Below, one piece after another: positions 47,494 to 61,500 of a DNA stretch of 64,000 nucleotides. The position numbers were made by a program, and so were the translations under genes. The notes beneath the pieces were generated by a model, which worked only from the letters and a program-made list of their open reading frames with translations, did not search any database and was not told where the DNA came from. The first letter of the stretch is position 1; each line of letters begins with the position of its first letter. This DNA comes from Cercozoa sp. M6MM (taxonomy: Eukaryota; Protista; Endomyxa: Ascetosporea): NCBI GenBank assembly GCA_040357565.1, contig JBDODJ010000055.1; one strand, 5' to 3'.

Positions 47494-48866
47494 TCACCTC
47501 GGCAGCAAGTCTCGCGCGTACTGTTCGTCATAGGGTTCGAGAAGTGCCTCGCGCTTCCATGCTTCGAGACTACGCTGAAACATCTCCTCGCGGTGTCGCT
47601 CTTGGGCGTACTCCCGTGTCGCTTCGACGGCTTTGTGGAATGAGCCTGTGACAGTCGACGCAGCGCGTTCAAGAAAGCTTTGGTGCTTTTCGTCTCCTGA
47701 CATGCGACGTAAATTACGAAGACCTTTCTGCCTTGCCTCTGCAGCTCCGCCCTGGAACCAATAAACAGGGAGAAAACGTAGACAGAAGAGGGCGAAACGA
47801 AAACTCAAGGGCACCGTAACCGCCTCTAAGACGTCTCGTGGTATTGCTTCGCCGGTTTCGTTAACTTTTGGCAGCTGGTCGTACTCTTCACGTTGTCTTT
47901 CCTGCGGAGCAAAGCCCTTCCCCACCAGCAGAAACGATCCTTTTCTGTCCTTTGGAATCGCGTCTTTTCGGCCTGACGTTGCACTCGTGGTATCGCCCTT
48001 CTGCAACTCGCTGTGCTCAAACAGTTTCTCCTCGGGTTGGTAGAACTGCTCAAAATCATCCTTCCAGTTCTGGTTGTCGGGTTCTTCGCCTCTTAAGCTG
48101 GCATTCGAGAGAACAGGAGCGGAAGCGCGCAGCAATAGTCGGGCGTTTGAGTGTCGGCTCGCCATGTTTATTTCATCTTCATAAATGTGGAACTCTTGTT
48201 CTAGAAGCGGAGCAGAGATAAACACAGCTACTTTAGTATTGGTCTTAGATACTGCCAATCTGAACTTACCTTCCAGAAATTCTTGTGTTTTGGCATCGGG
48301 TCCGCGGCCTGGGTATCGTGGGACGGCTATCGGAAGCGAATGGTGCCTTTGCATTCGGTGAACGCGTTCGTGTGCACGTCGCTCAAAGTGTTGCCGCAGC
48401 CGAAAGACATCATCGCTGCCGTACTCATTTCGCAGGCGCCACCGCATGAGTGAGCGAATGTGGGGAGCTTTGTGCTTCATCTGTCGAGTGGCGACGCGTG
48501 CGCCTTGCTTGTCAAGAAAGATCTCTTCTCCCAACACTCTGATGGATTGTCTATCTGATACTGTGTCTGCACTAGGTTTTCCTTCCGACGATTTGCCCTT
48601 CAGGAAGTTTCGTAGCTTGATTAAACTTAAACTGCTCGAGCTCTTTGAACGGGCACTATCTGAAAAATCGGACGCGAAAGCCTGGAGGCAAAATCGATCA
48701 GACGGTCAAGAAGGTTACCTTTGCTGCAGCGTCGTGCACTCCTTCGCGGTTGCGACAACTCTTCTGCGAGTTTTAACTGCGCAGGAGCATCTGAGTCAGA
48801 AATGTCTACAGAATCACTGTCCGCCACTGAAGCCACTTCGACAACTGTGACAACGGGTTCGGGCAT
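47494..48866 (-). CDS. Hypothetical protein (multi-exon)
   Basis: 347-aa ORF 47494-48537 plus upstream exon(s) starting MPEPVVTVVEV. Charged/helical; no recognised domain. Confidence 0.55.
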
Positions 48867-49111
48867 GACAAACTCGTCCAGTCCACGGCAATGTATCTGG
48901 CTGTTAGGACCCGGAAAGCGCAAATAAATTTAGTTTCATTCCGGTCTCTTTGCTTCAGCCGAGTCAGTGAATCCGCGCGAAAAGATCGAGTTTGACCGAA
49001 ATTTACTATAACTTTAGGGGGCATATACAACAGATTAACATAAAGTATTCGTTGGAAAAAAGGGTGACTCTGGATTGGATCTTATCATTTAGTTAAACGC
49101 AGGCGAGCACA

Positions 49112-51787
49112 TTAGTCGAGCTCCTCAACAGATGGGCCTTCCTGACCGCCTGCTGCTCCTCCCGATGGGCCTGCGCCGCCAGCTGCGGCACCCTGCGAAG
49201 CGTACGCCTTTTGCATGATCGGCTGCACCGTACGCTCAAGTTCCTTCTTCTTGTCTTCGTACTCCTGCCCAAACACAAAGCCGTTTAGTATGGTTCTTAC
49301 TGGGAGAAGGGAGGGTCAATTAAATTTAAAACGGTTGTAAATTTACCTGTTTGGCAGTGTTGTCCTCATCATGATTATCGAGCCAGTCAAGAGTTTCCTG
49401 GCCGCGCTTGTTGAGTGTATCGACTTCGTCGGACGAGAGCTTGTCCTTCAGATCATCTGCCGCGCGCTTCACAGAGAAGGCGAAGCTTTCCCTGCGTCCG
49501 AGAATCAGATCCATGCATGAAGCGAGCAAGACACAATGAGGGAGGTTTAAGTTACAGCTGGTTTTTGGCCTCGATCTTGGCACGCATCTCCTTGTCGTCA
49601 TCAGCAAAGCGCTCGGACTCCTTCACCATGCGGTCAATCTCCTCCTGCGACAGGCGGCCCTTCTCATTCGTGATCCGGATCGAGTTTTGCTTCGAAGTCG
49701 CCTTGTCCACGGCCGAGACGTGCAAGATGCCATCTGCATCGAGGTCGAACGTTACTTCAATCTGCGGCGTGCCGCGAGGCGCAGGCGGGATACCAGAGAG
49801 TTCGAACTTTCCTGCGACCGCAAGGCAAGACAAGTAAGTCACAAGTATAATTTCCAGCATAAAACAGTGGGTAAGTTTATACTGTAGTAATTTACCAAGC
49901 AAGTGATTGTCTCGGGTGCGCGGACGCTCGCCTTCGTAGACTTGAATGAGAACGCCAGGTTGGTTGTCCTGGTACGTCGAGAAGATTTGGGACTTCTTGC
50001 ATGGCACCGTCGAGTTGCGGTCGATCAAGTTCGTCATGACACCACCAGCGGTTTCAATTCCCAGCGACAAAGGCGAGACATCGAGCAAGAGGACGTCATG
50101 CACATCGTGTCCTTCCGTACTCTGCTTGCCGAGAATGGCAGCCTGCACGGCAGCACCTGCACAGCAGAAACATGCGTACTCGCGCGCAAGGGGCCAGTGG
50201 CCTAAACTGTACCGTATGCGACGGCCTCGTCCGGGTTGATGCTCTTTGACGGCTCTCGACCGTTGAAGTAGTTCTTAATGAGTTGTTGGATTTTTGGAAT
50301 TCGCGTGGAACCGCCAACAAGCACAACGTCATCAACATCGCTTTTGGACATGCGTGCGTCACGCAGAACCTTGTCAACGGGACTCATGCACCTACGCTCG
50401 CCCTCAATAACTTCAGAGAATACAGTATTGCATGGAAAATATCTAAATTAGTGTACTGTTGGAACAAGTCTCCGCACAGGTCTTCAAAGCGCGCACGACT
50501 AATGTTCGTGTAGAAGTCGATTCCCTCGGCGAGCGAGTCGATCTCAATTGCAGCCTGCGTCGATGCAGAGAGCGTTCGCTTTGCACGCTGTGGATCGCAC
50601 ACGAGCACACGGACACATATTATTGCATCACTAAAGTAAGAGGATTGGGGTACCTCGGCTGCAGTACGAAGACGTCGGAGTGCGCGAGCATTCTTTGAGA
50701 TGTCAACATGGTTTTTGCGCTTGAACTCCTGTTCGAAAAACCAACAATATAACTGCATGCATATCGAAGAGAGTGAAAAATGAGGTACTTTTGCAAGGTG
50801 ATTGACGATTCGAGAGTCAAAGTCCGAGCCACCCAGGTGGGTGTCACCTGCAGTAGCCTTGACCTCAAAGACACCTTCGTCAATCGCGAGAAGTGACACG
50901 TCAAAGGTGCCACCACCGAGGTCGAACACGAGCACCTTTGTCTCGTGTTTGTCGGTGCCAGACTTTTTTTTGTCGAGACCATAGGCGATGGCTGCTGCGG
51001 TCGGCTCTACAATTAAATCTCAAGTGAATCAGGGTCGTGAACTAAACCTTATGTACCCAAAGTTGAGTTTACCATTGATGATGCGCAACACGTTGAGGCC
51101 GGCGATGGAACCAGCGTCCTTCGTAGCCTGTCGCTGTGAGTCGTTAAAGTATGCAGGCACAGTGACCACGGCCTCGGTCACGTTGTTTCCGAGGTACGAC
51201 TCGGCAGTTTCCTTCATCTTGGTGAGGACCATGGCAGAAATCTCTTCCGCTGGGCAAACAGAAAAGCAAACATCCATTCCCACCACAGCAACACGAGGGC
51301 AAAAGTCGAGCGAAACTACCATGGAACGTCTTGTGCTCGCCCTTGTACTGAACGCGAACACCTGGTTTCTTGCCCGCTGAAGAACACAGAGATGTTTTAA
51401 CAAAAATTTATCTCCAACTAAAAGAGAACAACATACGCATTTCAACCACCTTGAACGGCCAAGTCTTCATGTCATCCTGCACGGCGGGATCATCGAATGT
51501 GCGCCCGATGAGGCGCTTCACGTCGAAGACCGTATTGTGCGGGTTCAGCGCGGCCTGGTTCTGCGCCGAGTTACCAACAAGTCTCTCTGTGTCAGTGAAC
51601 GCCACAATGGAAGGCGTTGTGCGATTGCCTTGGTCGTTGGGAATGATTTCCACAGACCCTCCCTTAAAGACTCCAACGCACTGCGAAAAATGAACAAGCT
51701 TGAGTTCCGTTCAAGAGAAGTTGAAAGCAAAATTACCGAGTATGTCGTGCCCAGATCGATTCCGATCGCGTAGCTTTCAGTCGACAT
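49112..51787 (-). CDS. HSP70: Cytosolic Hsp70
   Basis: [81 protein letters not shown]; C-terminus GPSVEELD*. Confidence 0.98.
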
Positions 51788-52264
51788 GGTGGCAGTTGAG
51801 ATGAGCAGTTGCGAGTTTTTCCTGCATGAAATTTGCCAAATCCAGGAGCTCCCAAGGTTGGAAAAGTACTTATGCAATCATGCCAGAGTCTGTTTACACC
51901 TTCTAAGCTCCAAAGTAGTTGCAAAACCGAAAAACAAAGTTGTTGCGTGAGGTTAAGAAGAGGTCCGAATTTTCCCTCGCCGAATATTCGTTTCCGCGCG
52001 AAAAGAAAAAATATGAAATTTCGAAACTGAACAGCATTCCAATCGAAAGACTTTAGAAGTTTTGCCGTTTCCAGCTGAATCTAAATGGTCGTTTGGCACG
52101 AGACGGCAATTCTTAGCCCTCCTAGCACTCGTTGTCTTTGAACTGATAGCCGATAGCTACAAAGCGGTATTTAAAACCTTGCGCTCACCCAGCTGCTAAT
52201 TGGGTTCGATCAACATGCTAGACGGCGGAGCTTCCCCGCATATCGATATCTTGTTCGATGTCTC

Positions 52265-52363
52265 TCAGTAATCATCGTACACTGCCGACTCTATTCCTGT
52301 CCTGTGCGAAGCACTATCGCGCGAAAGCGCCAGGTCGGACTACATTTTTTATTCAGCGAGTTT

Positions 52364-52412
<49 letters not shown>

Positions 52413-52422
52413 NNNNNNNNNN

Positions 52423-52493
<71 letters not shown>

Positions 52494-54511
52494 CGACCAC
52501 TCTCAAGGTACCTCAAACAATTTTTGCTGGGCTTGAAGCAAGTTTCTCTGACCGGAACTTCGAGACCGCGCGTCTTCAATGTGTTGGTGCAGCTCAAGAT
52601 GCCACATTCCAAAGAACAGTTGATGGAGCCAGACCATCGCCGATATCGCCTACCAAGGGTTTAAATATAAGTACGGGAAATCTCCTGTCAGGCACAACAG
52701 TCAGCAGCATAAGTCTCCTACCAATGGTATCGAGGTAATGACACTTGGAACGACGGTGCACGCAAAAACAACCTACTGGGAAGAAGATGAAAATCGTAGT
52801 ATTTCCCCCAGTAAAAATTGAGCTTTACCGTCTGCGGGTTTAATAGCACAGCCAAAGTTGCCGACCCTCCCAAAGTCATTGAGACAAACAACGTCCTAGA
52901 GCGTATTTAATATGTGGTAGTTCTATAAACATTTTAAAAAAGGTAACCGAAATGGAGCAACTCACAGAACGGCAATCTTGATGCGGCGAAAGCGCACACG
53001 AGTCTTTTCGTCACGACGCGTCAGTCGTTTTGTTCCCCAACTCTATGAGTAGTTTTACCCAAGTTGTTGACAGGTTCAACTCACCTAAGAGGGGATTGGC
53101 TGCGCCGGTACCACATCATCGAGGTGCGACAGAGCGAAATTCACGTTGATGAGTGTCCAAGCCGGTGCCATCCTACCCCAGGGTTAATGCATACGTTTTT
53201 GTTCGCATGTTTTGCATAGTAGATCAGCTTACAGATATCGAATGGCAAGAGACTCAACAAAGAGTCGAAAGAACGAGTCATTTTGCAAAACCGCCGTCGA
53301 CTTGACAAGGAGGGCTTTAATACACTCCGGCTCCAGAAATGTGTACTGCTTTAGTACACTCCACTGGCGACGTTGATAACCAGAAACGGAATATAAGCCC
53401 CTGCCAGGCCCCAGCTCAGGCGCAAAGCGGAAGTTGACCTGCTCTGACCCTCCTTGATCGGCAGCAATGCGATACTAAATAAAAAGCAGCCAACATGAAT
53501 GTAATTGTGTAAGTTTAAGTATAGTATCTCGAGGTACACGAAGAAAATTACTTACAATGCATAAAATGCGACAAGGAGATGCAGCACTGAGAACAACATC
53601 CAAAAACCAACGTGAAGACGCCGTATTATTGTCTTCTACCCAAGGAAAAGGTAAAGGAAACTGTCTGAGCAGCGATGATCAAGGTTTGTCTCAGACTGTA
53701 CCTTGAGGTTTCCAGCCGCACAAAGAAACACATGAGCCAACCACATACTCTGCCACCAAAGTGAAGAATACAGTTATCAAACACAAGTGCGAATGAGTGT
53801 ACAGCAAACAAGACGGCGAACGTCCCTGTTGTGATTCGTCGTGCAGTTGCCTTCTCCATCTGCTGGATGTGCAAGAATAAAAACATCAAAGTTGCAAAGT
53901 TGCCTGGTCAGTTGGTGTAAACTGAATGCACTTGAAGTTTACATAGTTGAGAGGCGACGCAACATTGCTGAGCGTGCTTCCTTGGGCGTCCTTTTTAGTC
54001 AGTATATGATAATTTAGACAAGATGGATTTAGGGCAGGATACCAAAAGGTGTCCCAGGATCGAGTCCGCAAGCAGCGGTGACACGACACCGAACAGTTGC
54101 GACAGCACCTGCCCAATAGCACATGCGGTTTCTTGAACTAACTGCTCAGCCATCACATGTAAGTTTCAGGCCTAATGGAAATCACCACAACGGAAGCCAA
54201 CAGGGCCGCGAGGACGCTCAAGTTTGAGATCTGCACGTAGAAGTAAAATTTATGTCAAGCTAAACATGTGCCAACGATTTTGGGACTGGTACTAAGATAG
54301 CTGTCGACATTTTGAGACGTCGTGCCAGCGGTTGCGATGATTCTAAAGATCCCTCCTTTGCTTAGAATACAGCGAGGGACTGCTTTTAAGCGAGCTTACG
54401 AATCGACCACAGTTTAGGCAGGTGTTGAAACGACCACAACATCGCCATGAGAGCACCTAAATTCGCAGATAGAAAGGCGAAATCACACATACACACACAC
54501 AGACGCACACA

Positions 54512-54565
<54 letters not shown>

Positions 54566-54575
54566 NNNNNNNNNN

Positions 54576-54627
<52 letters not shown>

Positions 54628-57600
54628 GTTGAAGATACCATTGGTCCACCGTCGTCGCTGCCGGAGAAAGACAGCTAGATCCAGCGGCACATCAGTGAAA
54701 GCATGTGCGTGACACCTGTTGACATTGAAACAATAACATTACATCCGAGGCGAGCAAGAACGATGGCCTTACAAGAAGGCGCACGAAGCACTGCTTCTGG
54801 GATCGCTGACGGTCGCTTGGGGTAACATTCGATCCTCCGCTAACGAGAGTGTACGCCACCACAAGCTGTGCCTCTCGCTGAGCATCCTGCAGTCATCATT
54901 AGGCGAGTAATTTACATGCCTCAAATTCGGCCGAAAGTAAACTAGCATACCGATGGTAGACCGATAGTGGGCGTGGGTCGATCTCCTCCAGCCGAGCATC
55001 GGTACTGGCCTGCGGCATTCGAGCTATTTGCTTCCACTTGTAAGCCGAGAATGCTCCCTGGATTGAGTTAAAACATCCTGCGAGTAAATAAGACTATGGC
55101 CAAAGCATACAGGGCAAACAAGCGTGAGGTCAAGCAGGTGCTCAATTCCCTTGTTAAGGAAGCCAGTTGCGTACTCCCACATTTGGTACCTACCCAGCTG
55201 CGCAAACAATGCAATGTAAAACTTACGTACTGTAAGCACCCACAAGATTCGGCAGACGAAGCAAAGCGAGAGTTGAATTTTTGTACAAGTGAGTGAGTCA
55301 CTGACTCGTCCGGCATAATGAGAGCAGACACTGCACACATGCCACCTTCGCGCTCCGTGTCGCTGCTCTCGTCTCCGCTACGATTGTAGCCGAGAATCTT
55401 CCTCGTCGGTTCCTTCCGAAGTGCCTCCACAATGCGCACCAGCGCAGTCGACTCGCAGAACGTACCGACATCTGCATACAGACAATGCAACTTATAAATT
55501 TTATCTACGGCCGGAGCCTGGGTATTCGTAGCACGCACCAAAGTTGACGACAATCTTGGGTCGAACCGTGTTCAACAAAACGTCGTAAAGCCACCTGCAA
55601 ATTTTCTTAAACACGCAATTTGAGAGGATGAGAAAATACTCGAGAGGTACAAGTGACTGTTCGTCTTGCCTCGATTATACCTCTTGACCACAACAAAACA
55701 GTTGAGAGGAGGGTGGACCACGTCGCCTGTGCCTCGAAGGCGAATCCTTCCAAGCTCTGAGCCAAAACACACTTAATTGAAGTTAGTGTTGGAGATTATG
55801 TCAAAGTTCTGTGGGACCGAAACCATCATGTTCCGAGATGCTTCTGGTGTCACTGCGACTCGTCCAAAGAATCATTATTCTAAACTTATGTTTAAATGCC
55901 GCTTTCAAAGAGTACCTTGAGAGAGTAGACTCCTCACTCATTGTGCTCTCGGAGTCACTGCCAGTGTACTCCTTGAGCTCGGTGTCGCTGCTGCTGACAG
56001 ATTTCGACTCCTCATCACTGTCGTCATTCAGTCGCTGTTGGATTTTCTCCATTTTCTTGCCCAATTGCCTCGTTCGCGGGGGTCCTGATTCCTGACTTAA
56101 AATGACTGACCCAGTGACTGTACTGTTGCGTCTTTGTATATGTTTCTCCAACTCGCGTCGTACTATACGCTTTCCCTTCGGTACCTTCGGCATCCGAAAG
56201 TACAATAAACATGTCAAAATAAGTACAAGGAAAGCAAAAGGAATCTTACCAACGAAACGAAGGTCGTAAGCTGTCCCAAAGAATCATGAACAGATATAAA
56301 TTTAATGATAAATTTGCTGTGGTAGAGATATTATTTATGGGACAAGCATTTTGGAACTGAAGGAAAGACCCCTTCCGAGCGCAAGCGCCGTCGAAAACGT
56401 ATGCGACTTTCGAAGACATCGAGAACTTGTTTCTACAGTATTGTATTCGCGCTATTTTCTTGGCATATACGGTTAAAAGTAGAGTCTTCGGGTCATTTCA
56501 TTTTACCTCGTCGTCAACATCCTCTGACTGTCGCAAAGCGGTCTCGTTCAACATACCTCTGTCAAAACAATCAGTGCAAACTCAAAAGACGCTGTATTGA
56601 AGCACGAGATTCATTGTTCTTACGCATGTTGAAGCATTTGCCGCGTAGATTTGTGCATCGTGCCGCGTCCGTCAAAAATGAGAAATAAGGATGTGCGCCT
56701 CCACATGTCCCGGTCATCCCGTAGTGCACACAAAACACTCTACAACACTGTGAATTCACTCTTCAAACAGTGCTAACCCCTAGTACCATATTGCGCGCGA
56801 CTGAACTCAGTGTCAATGATAGTTGCTCCCTGTAAAAATTAACTTATAAGTTCACGGTTCGAAAAGTTGATCAGCCTGACACAGCATTTTTAATTAATTT
56901 AGACTCTGTAGTCTGTACCAAGGTTCGTTGTACCTACAGTACCGAAGCAATGTACAACAAACACATATTTAACAGCACGAAAAAGCAAGTAAATTTAAAT
57001 ATACGCGAGTACGCAGATCGAGAGTTCGTTGCCTTTGTATGGCACAATCTGAATTACAGCACTGTGATGGAGAAATTGTGTATGTACAAAGTGCTGGCAG
57101 TTTACCTTCCAGTCAAAGAGTTTAGGCTTTCGTAGAACAGCCTCGGTGGCGTCTTGCACGGAAGACGCTGATATTTTCTGCAGACACAACCTTGGCATAA
57201 AGTTGAAAATGCACAGTCGGGTACGACAGTAAATTGTGATACCGTAAATCGCGGAACAGGGTTATCGCAAGTCCAGGTTCGATAATTTACCCCTGTGAAA
57301 CAAAGACTGAAACAAAGAAAATGCGGTCTCTAACAGCACGCATACGATGAGTTGGCATCTGCTGCTTGGCTTGCACACCCGAGAGAGGGTGCATCCGCAA
57401 CTCTACAACCCTCCCGTAGTCTTCGCTGAATGCGTCGATTTCACTGTCAGGAAAGGTGAGTTGCGCGGTAAGAAAGAGCAAGCGAAGAGTACCCAGAGGT
57501 ATCTGTCATTTCGTCTTCGCTGAGAGGACGGTGAATTTCGACGTTATCGCTTGCGTTACTGGCACCACTCGATTCTTCTGCATCCCTGCTGTGCTTCAGT

Positions 57601-58247
57601 TTCAGCGTTGACAATGTGGTCGAATGTGACGCGGATGATAGTGTCTTCCTGCCCACGTGTATGTCAGACATGCTGTGAAAGCAACAACTTTTAATGGACA
57701 AAACAAAAAGCAACTTCTGTGAAATGACGTCGTTTAACGAGACTGAAGAGAGCGATAGAAGACTTGCACTGCTTGCAATGACCACTTTCGCATCTCGGTC
57801 GCTGGAATCCAAAGTCTCAGTCGTGATGTCATCGATATTGACGGCTTCGCCTCGCGCGTCGTCGTCAAAAACCGTTGTGTTGTCTTGTTGCACCAGAATC
57901 TGCACACTCTCTGAGCCAGTTGGTGCCGAGACTGCAGTCGGAGTCGCCGCGGGAGAACCTGGCTGCTCGAGAACATCCGAATTACTCGGAACGTCGAGAT
58001 AAACTGAAACCTCGGTTTGTTCCAAATCCCCAGCGAGTTTGCGCGCTCGCGGCGAATCATTTCGCTGCTTTCGCTCATGTTTGTGTTTCGTGCTGCTTGC
58101 ACGATTCGAAAAATTATGCGGCAGCGAAAAACGCACCGGGCCGACTCCGAAGTTGGTCAGCACATTTTTGGCAGTCAGTCGTGGATCCACTGAATTGCGA
58201 CGGTTTGGAGGCACCAATCCCGGTCGCATTGACGTCTTGCACCGCAA
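52265..58247 (-). CDS. CHS: Chitin synthase (GT2), multi-exon; 5' end uncertain (may extend to ~58485)
   Basis: Spliced motifs in canonical order: ELSICVLA|YNEP (TMYNE equivalent, ~57010/56930), WRRTSLFLIFDGRG (~56680), KRYNRGKTNSHL|W, D|VGT, QMWEY, CP|GAFSAY, LAEDRML, TDVP..FLRQRRRWTNG, TM exons, HLDDV|SWGTK. Confidence 0.88.
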
Positions 58248-58539
58248 ACCACCTAATATTCACCTTTTCTAGTCCCCGCCTAGCGGTCGCTGATTTTGGA
58301 CAACTGCCAAGACATTTTGGTATTTTTCCACCCACGGTAGAACTGAAAACAAATACACTTTGGGTTGGTTCACTACTGACCAAATTGAATGTCAATGCGT
58401 GCCAACAGACACTAGTGACTATTTTTGCACCTAACATCATGCCATAGGTGGTGACTTTGTTTTTATACGATGGTGTCATATTCATTTTTTTCGTTTATAT
58501 ACTATTGCATAAATCGAATGCACGACGCCACTGTGCGGT

Positions 58540-61500
58540 TTAGCCAAAATGCCGCACAAGCGAGCGTGCCGATGGCGGTTCGAACATGGCCAGCGAGCGC
58601 GCCTCGCGTGCGTTCCGCAACCTATACAATGGTCACGCGATGACGGGTACAGTGGACACTCTGCATTTCATACTTGGCAAGCTGGGAGGGTGACGAAGCG
58701 CTCAGCACAAAGCGCCGGGCCCTTGTCTCTTGTCGTAACTCTGCGTCTACATAGCTCAAGCCAAAACACATACACAAAAACATACCGAAGAATGACACAG
58801 ACAAACAGACGGAAATACCGAGCTCGGTATCATCCAGAGGCGTAAAAACAAAGGAAACGCGTAGGAAGGGCTGCATACTGTCGCCTTCCTCTGATTCGGT
58901 GTCGGCCATACTGTCGCACGACCGTGACTGTGACTGCTGTGAGAATGACGAGGACCGTGAGTGTCCTGCGTGTGACTGCCACTCCACCGGGATGTCACAT
59001 CTCACTGTAAACACAGACACATCGAATACAAGTCCCTTCTCCCAGGCATGACAGCACACAAGTGTACAGCTCCAAGGTCGTGAGAAGTCTACAAGACACA
59101 AATAAACAGAGTAACAGAATCATATCTAAGTGAACGACAAGCGTACCTTGCTCGCCACCACGTCTGGCACGGCGTACCAACTCGTCCAAAAAACACGACT
59201 ACACAGCGCATTCAGTGTATATGACACACTTAATGTCGTGTAAGCTTACGGCAACACCGACAACACGGTCCCCAGTGTCGCTGGCTGTTTTGACTGCCAG
59301 CATGATTGGTCCTATTATACAGACGAACACTCCAATGTGCAAAGGTTATATCAACGATCGGTACTGTCCATGGAGACAGGCGAGAAACTGCAACGAGTGT
59401 CCACAGAAGCACTCAATGTCGTCGTGTCTCTGCATATCTAGGTAAATTTGCACCTCAAATCACGCCGAAATGTCTCTCACCCGAACAGACGACAGGCGTC
59501 GGAACTCGAGCGAAACACAACGACTCGCGAGGCACTCTCCATGTGTGCACTGACCGACACCTGTGTGTTGCTCTGTCCATGTGCACAAGCAGTATGCATG
59601 GACTGCTCGCAGGCAACACAAAAGGAATATAACACACATGCAGTCCGTGTGCACGTCGCGTGCGACGCAACAGTCGACGCAGTCGGTGCGCATCATCCTG
59701 GTGAAGGTAGTCCTCACGCCGACGCACCTGTCCCAAGTGTACATAGCAGATCCACAACATTGGACAACCTAGCCTACCAGGTGACGCGAGTCCAGACGAG
59801 CCGAGTCGATAGAGATCTCGGGGACTAGTGCAGGAACATTCTGCTCGGGAGCTGCTGTCGAAGGCGTCGCTGTACCACCGGCAGGACTACCAAAACGTCA
59901 GTAAGTTAAGGGTGTTACAAGAACACAAACCGACATACGCACTGTGGGACATTGACGTCATTTTGGGTGATTGTGACATGTCACTGAAGTGCAGCGACTA
60001 CGTGAACACAATGTAAGTTGCAAGACAGAGGGAAAATTAAAGGAGGGAGATACCTGAACGTATATTCTCAACCTTCCGCACGCAGCATCATGTGGTCTTT
60101 CCTGATCAACGTCAAAACGCATGTCCACCATGCGTTGCAGCTACACAGACAAGTCAGTGTACTCTATACAAAACACAAACAACTGATAATAGAAGGAGTT
60201 ACCATGATCAGGTTGTGCAGACTTCGTTCGTGCACATCGCGCGCCAGTGCGAGCGAAGGTCGGCACGCCTGTCGATGTACATACAGACAGGCAAGATAAA
60301 ACAAACAAAAAGAGCAACCAACAAGGCGCACCACGGATGCCAAGAAGTTGCGCACTTGCAAACCCTGCACACGCATTAGCGTAATGTTCCTCTACTCTCT
60401 GGTGAGGCAAGGAAACAACACTACCTGATTGACGAGACAGGACCACTGTGACAAAGCTCGCGTACTCTCCGACAGCTGCATTCGAATGCTGCTCCCACCA
60501 ACACAGTTAAGGTAACGATACAGTGTGTGGTGAGGAGAGTACCTGACCTCGACCTCGCCTTGTGTCGACAGAGCGTACCACCTGCAGGTACTGTATCAAA
60601 AGACACCAAACAGCAAGGGAAGCAGGGCATTAACCGCGTGTCGTGAAAGGCCGAGAACCGCCGCGCGTGCGAAGGAAACCCGTTGATGACCATCTTGATG
60701 TCGTCGTCGGCACCGGTGATGGCGAGCCAGTCCACTCTGTAACAGGCATACTGACACTCACTGACATACAGAAAATACAACACACACACACACGCACACA
60801 CACACACGCACACACACACACGCACACATACACACGCACACACACACGCACACACACACACACATGCACACACAAACACACAGCACATGGCTACGGTACA
60901 GATCGATATCGACATGGCCCAGCACATCATCGCGAATGAAGCGATCGCGATCCAGGAGTCGCAAGCGCAGTGTTTCATGCAGTCGCACTTCGTGCCACAC
61001 CACCTCCTCTTCTGCAAGTACCCATTCCTTCCTCTGTCTTGGTTGTGCATATATGAATAAAATTTAAAAACAACACCGCAGTGAGTCCAGTTGGGATCGA
61101 GTGTGCGTTTAATAACTCGTGTCTTGTGTACTACCCGTGGATATTAGACTGCATACCACCATATCGAAAACGCAAGGTACCTTTCTCTTCGGTGCCACCT
61201 CGCAATCGGAGCTCACAAAACGGGTCGCTTGTGCCACCCTGCGTCGTTTACACACTTCAACGAACAACAACAGCAAGACAAGGAAAAGACGTCAATTACA
61301 ACATCGCCTGCCCTGAGATTGCGCGCCTTTATGATACGCACGGCCAGAGTCGCTGTCTGTAGGGGAGTGTCGCACAATGTTCAAGGGTACAAAAGCACAG
61401 AGGAGGCAGAGGGTACGTACCAATGCATCGAATCTGAAATTAGTGGCTGCCGGGGTCGCCGACTCCTTTCGCAAGCGACGCAGCGCATCGTCCAGTGGCT

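Noticed and set aside
51980-52065. Heat-shock elements upstream of Hsp70
   Set aside because: Only isolated GAAnnTTC pairs; no clean three-unit nGAAn array.
55801-56217. N-terminally truncated chitin synthase starting at MPKVPKG
   Set aside because: Upstream exons carry the missing YNE and DGR motifs, so the gene extends further 5'.
12025-61067. His-Thr and Cys-Val repeat proteins in the ORF track
   Set aside because: They are translations of intronic (CA)n/(GT)n microsatellites spanning N gaps.
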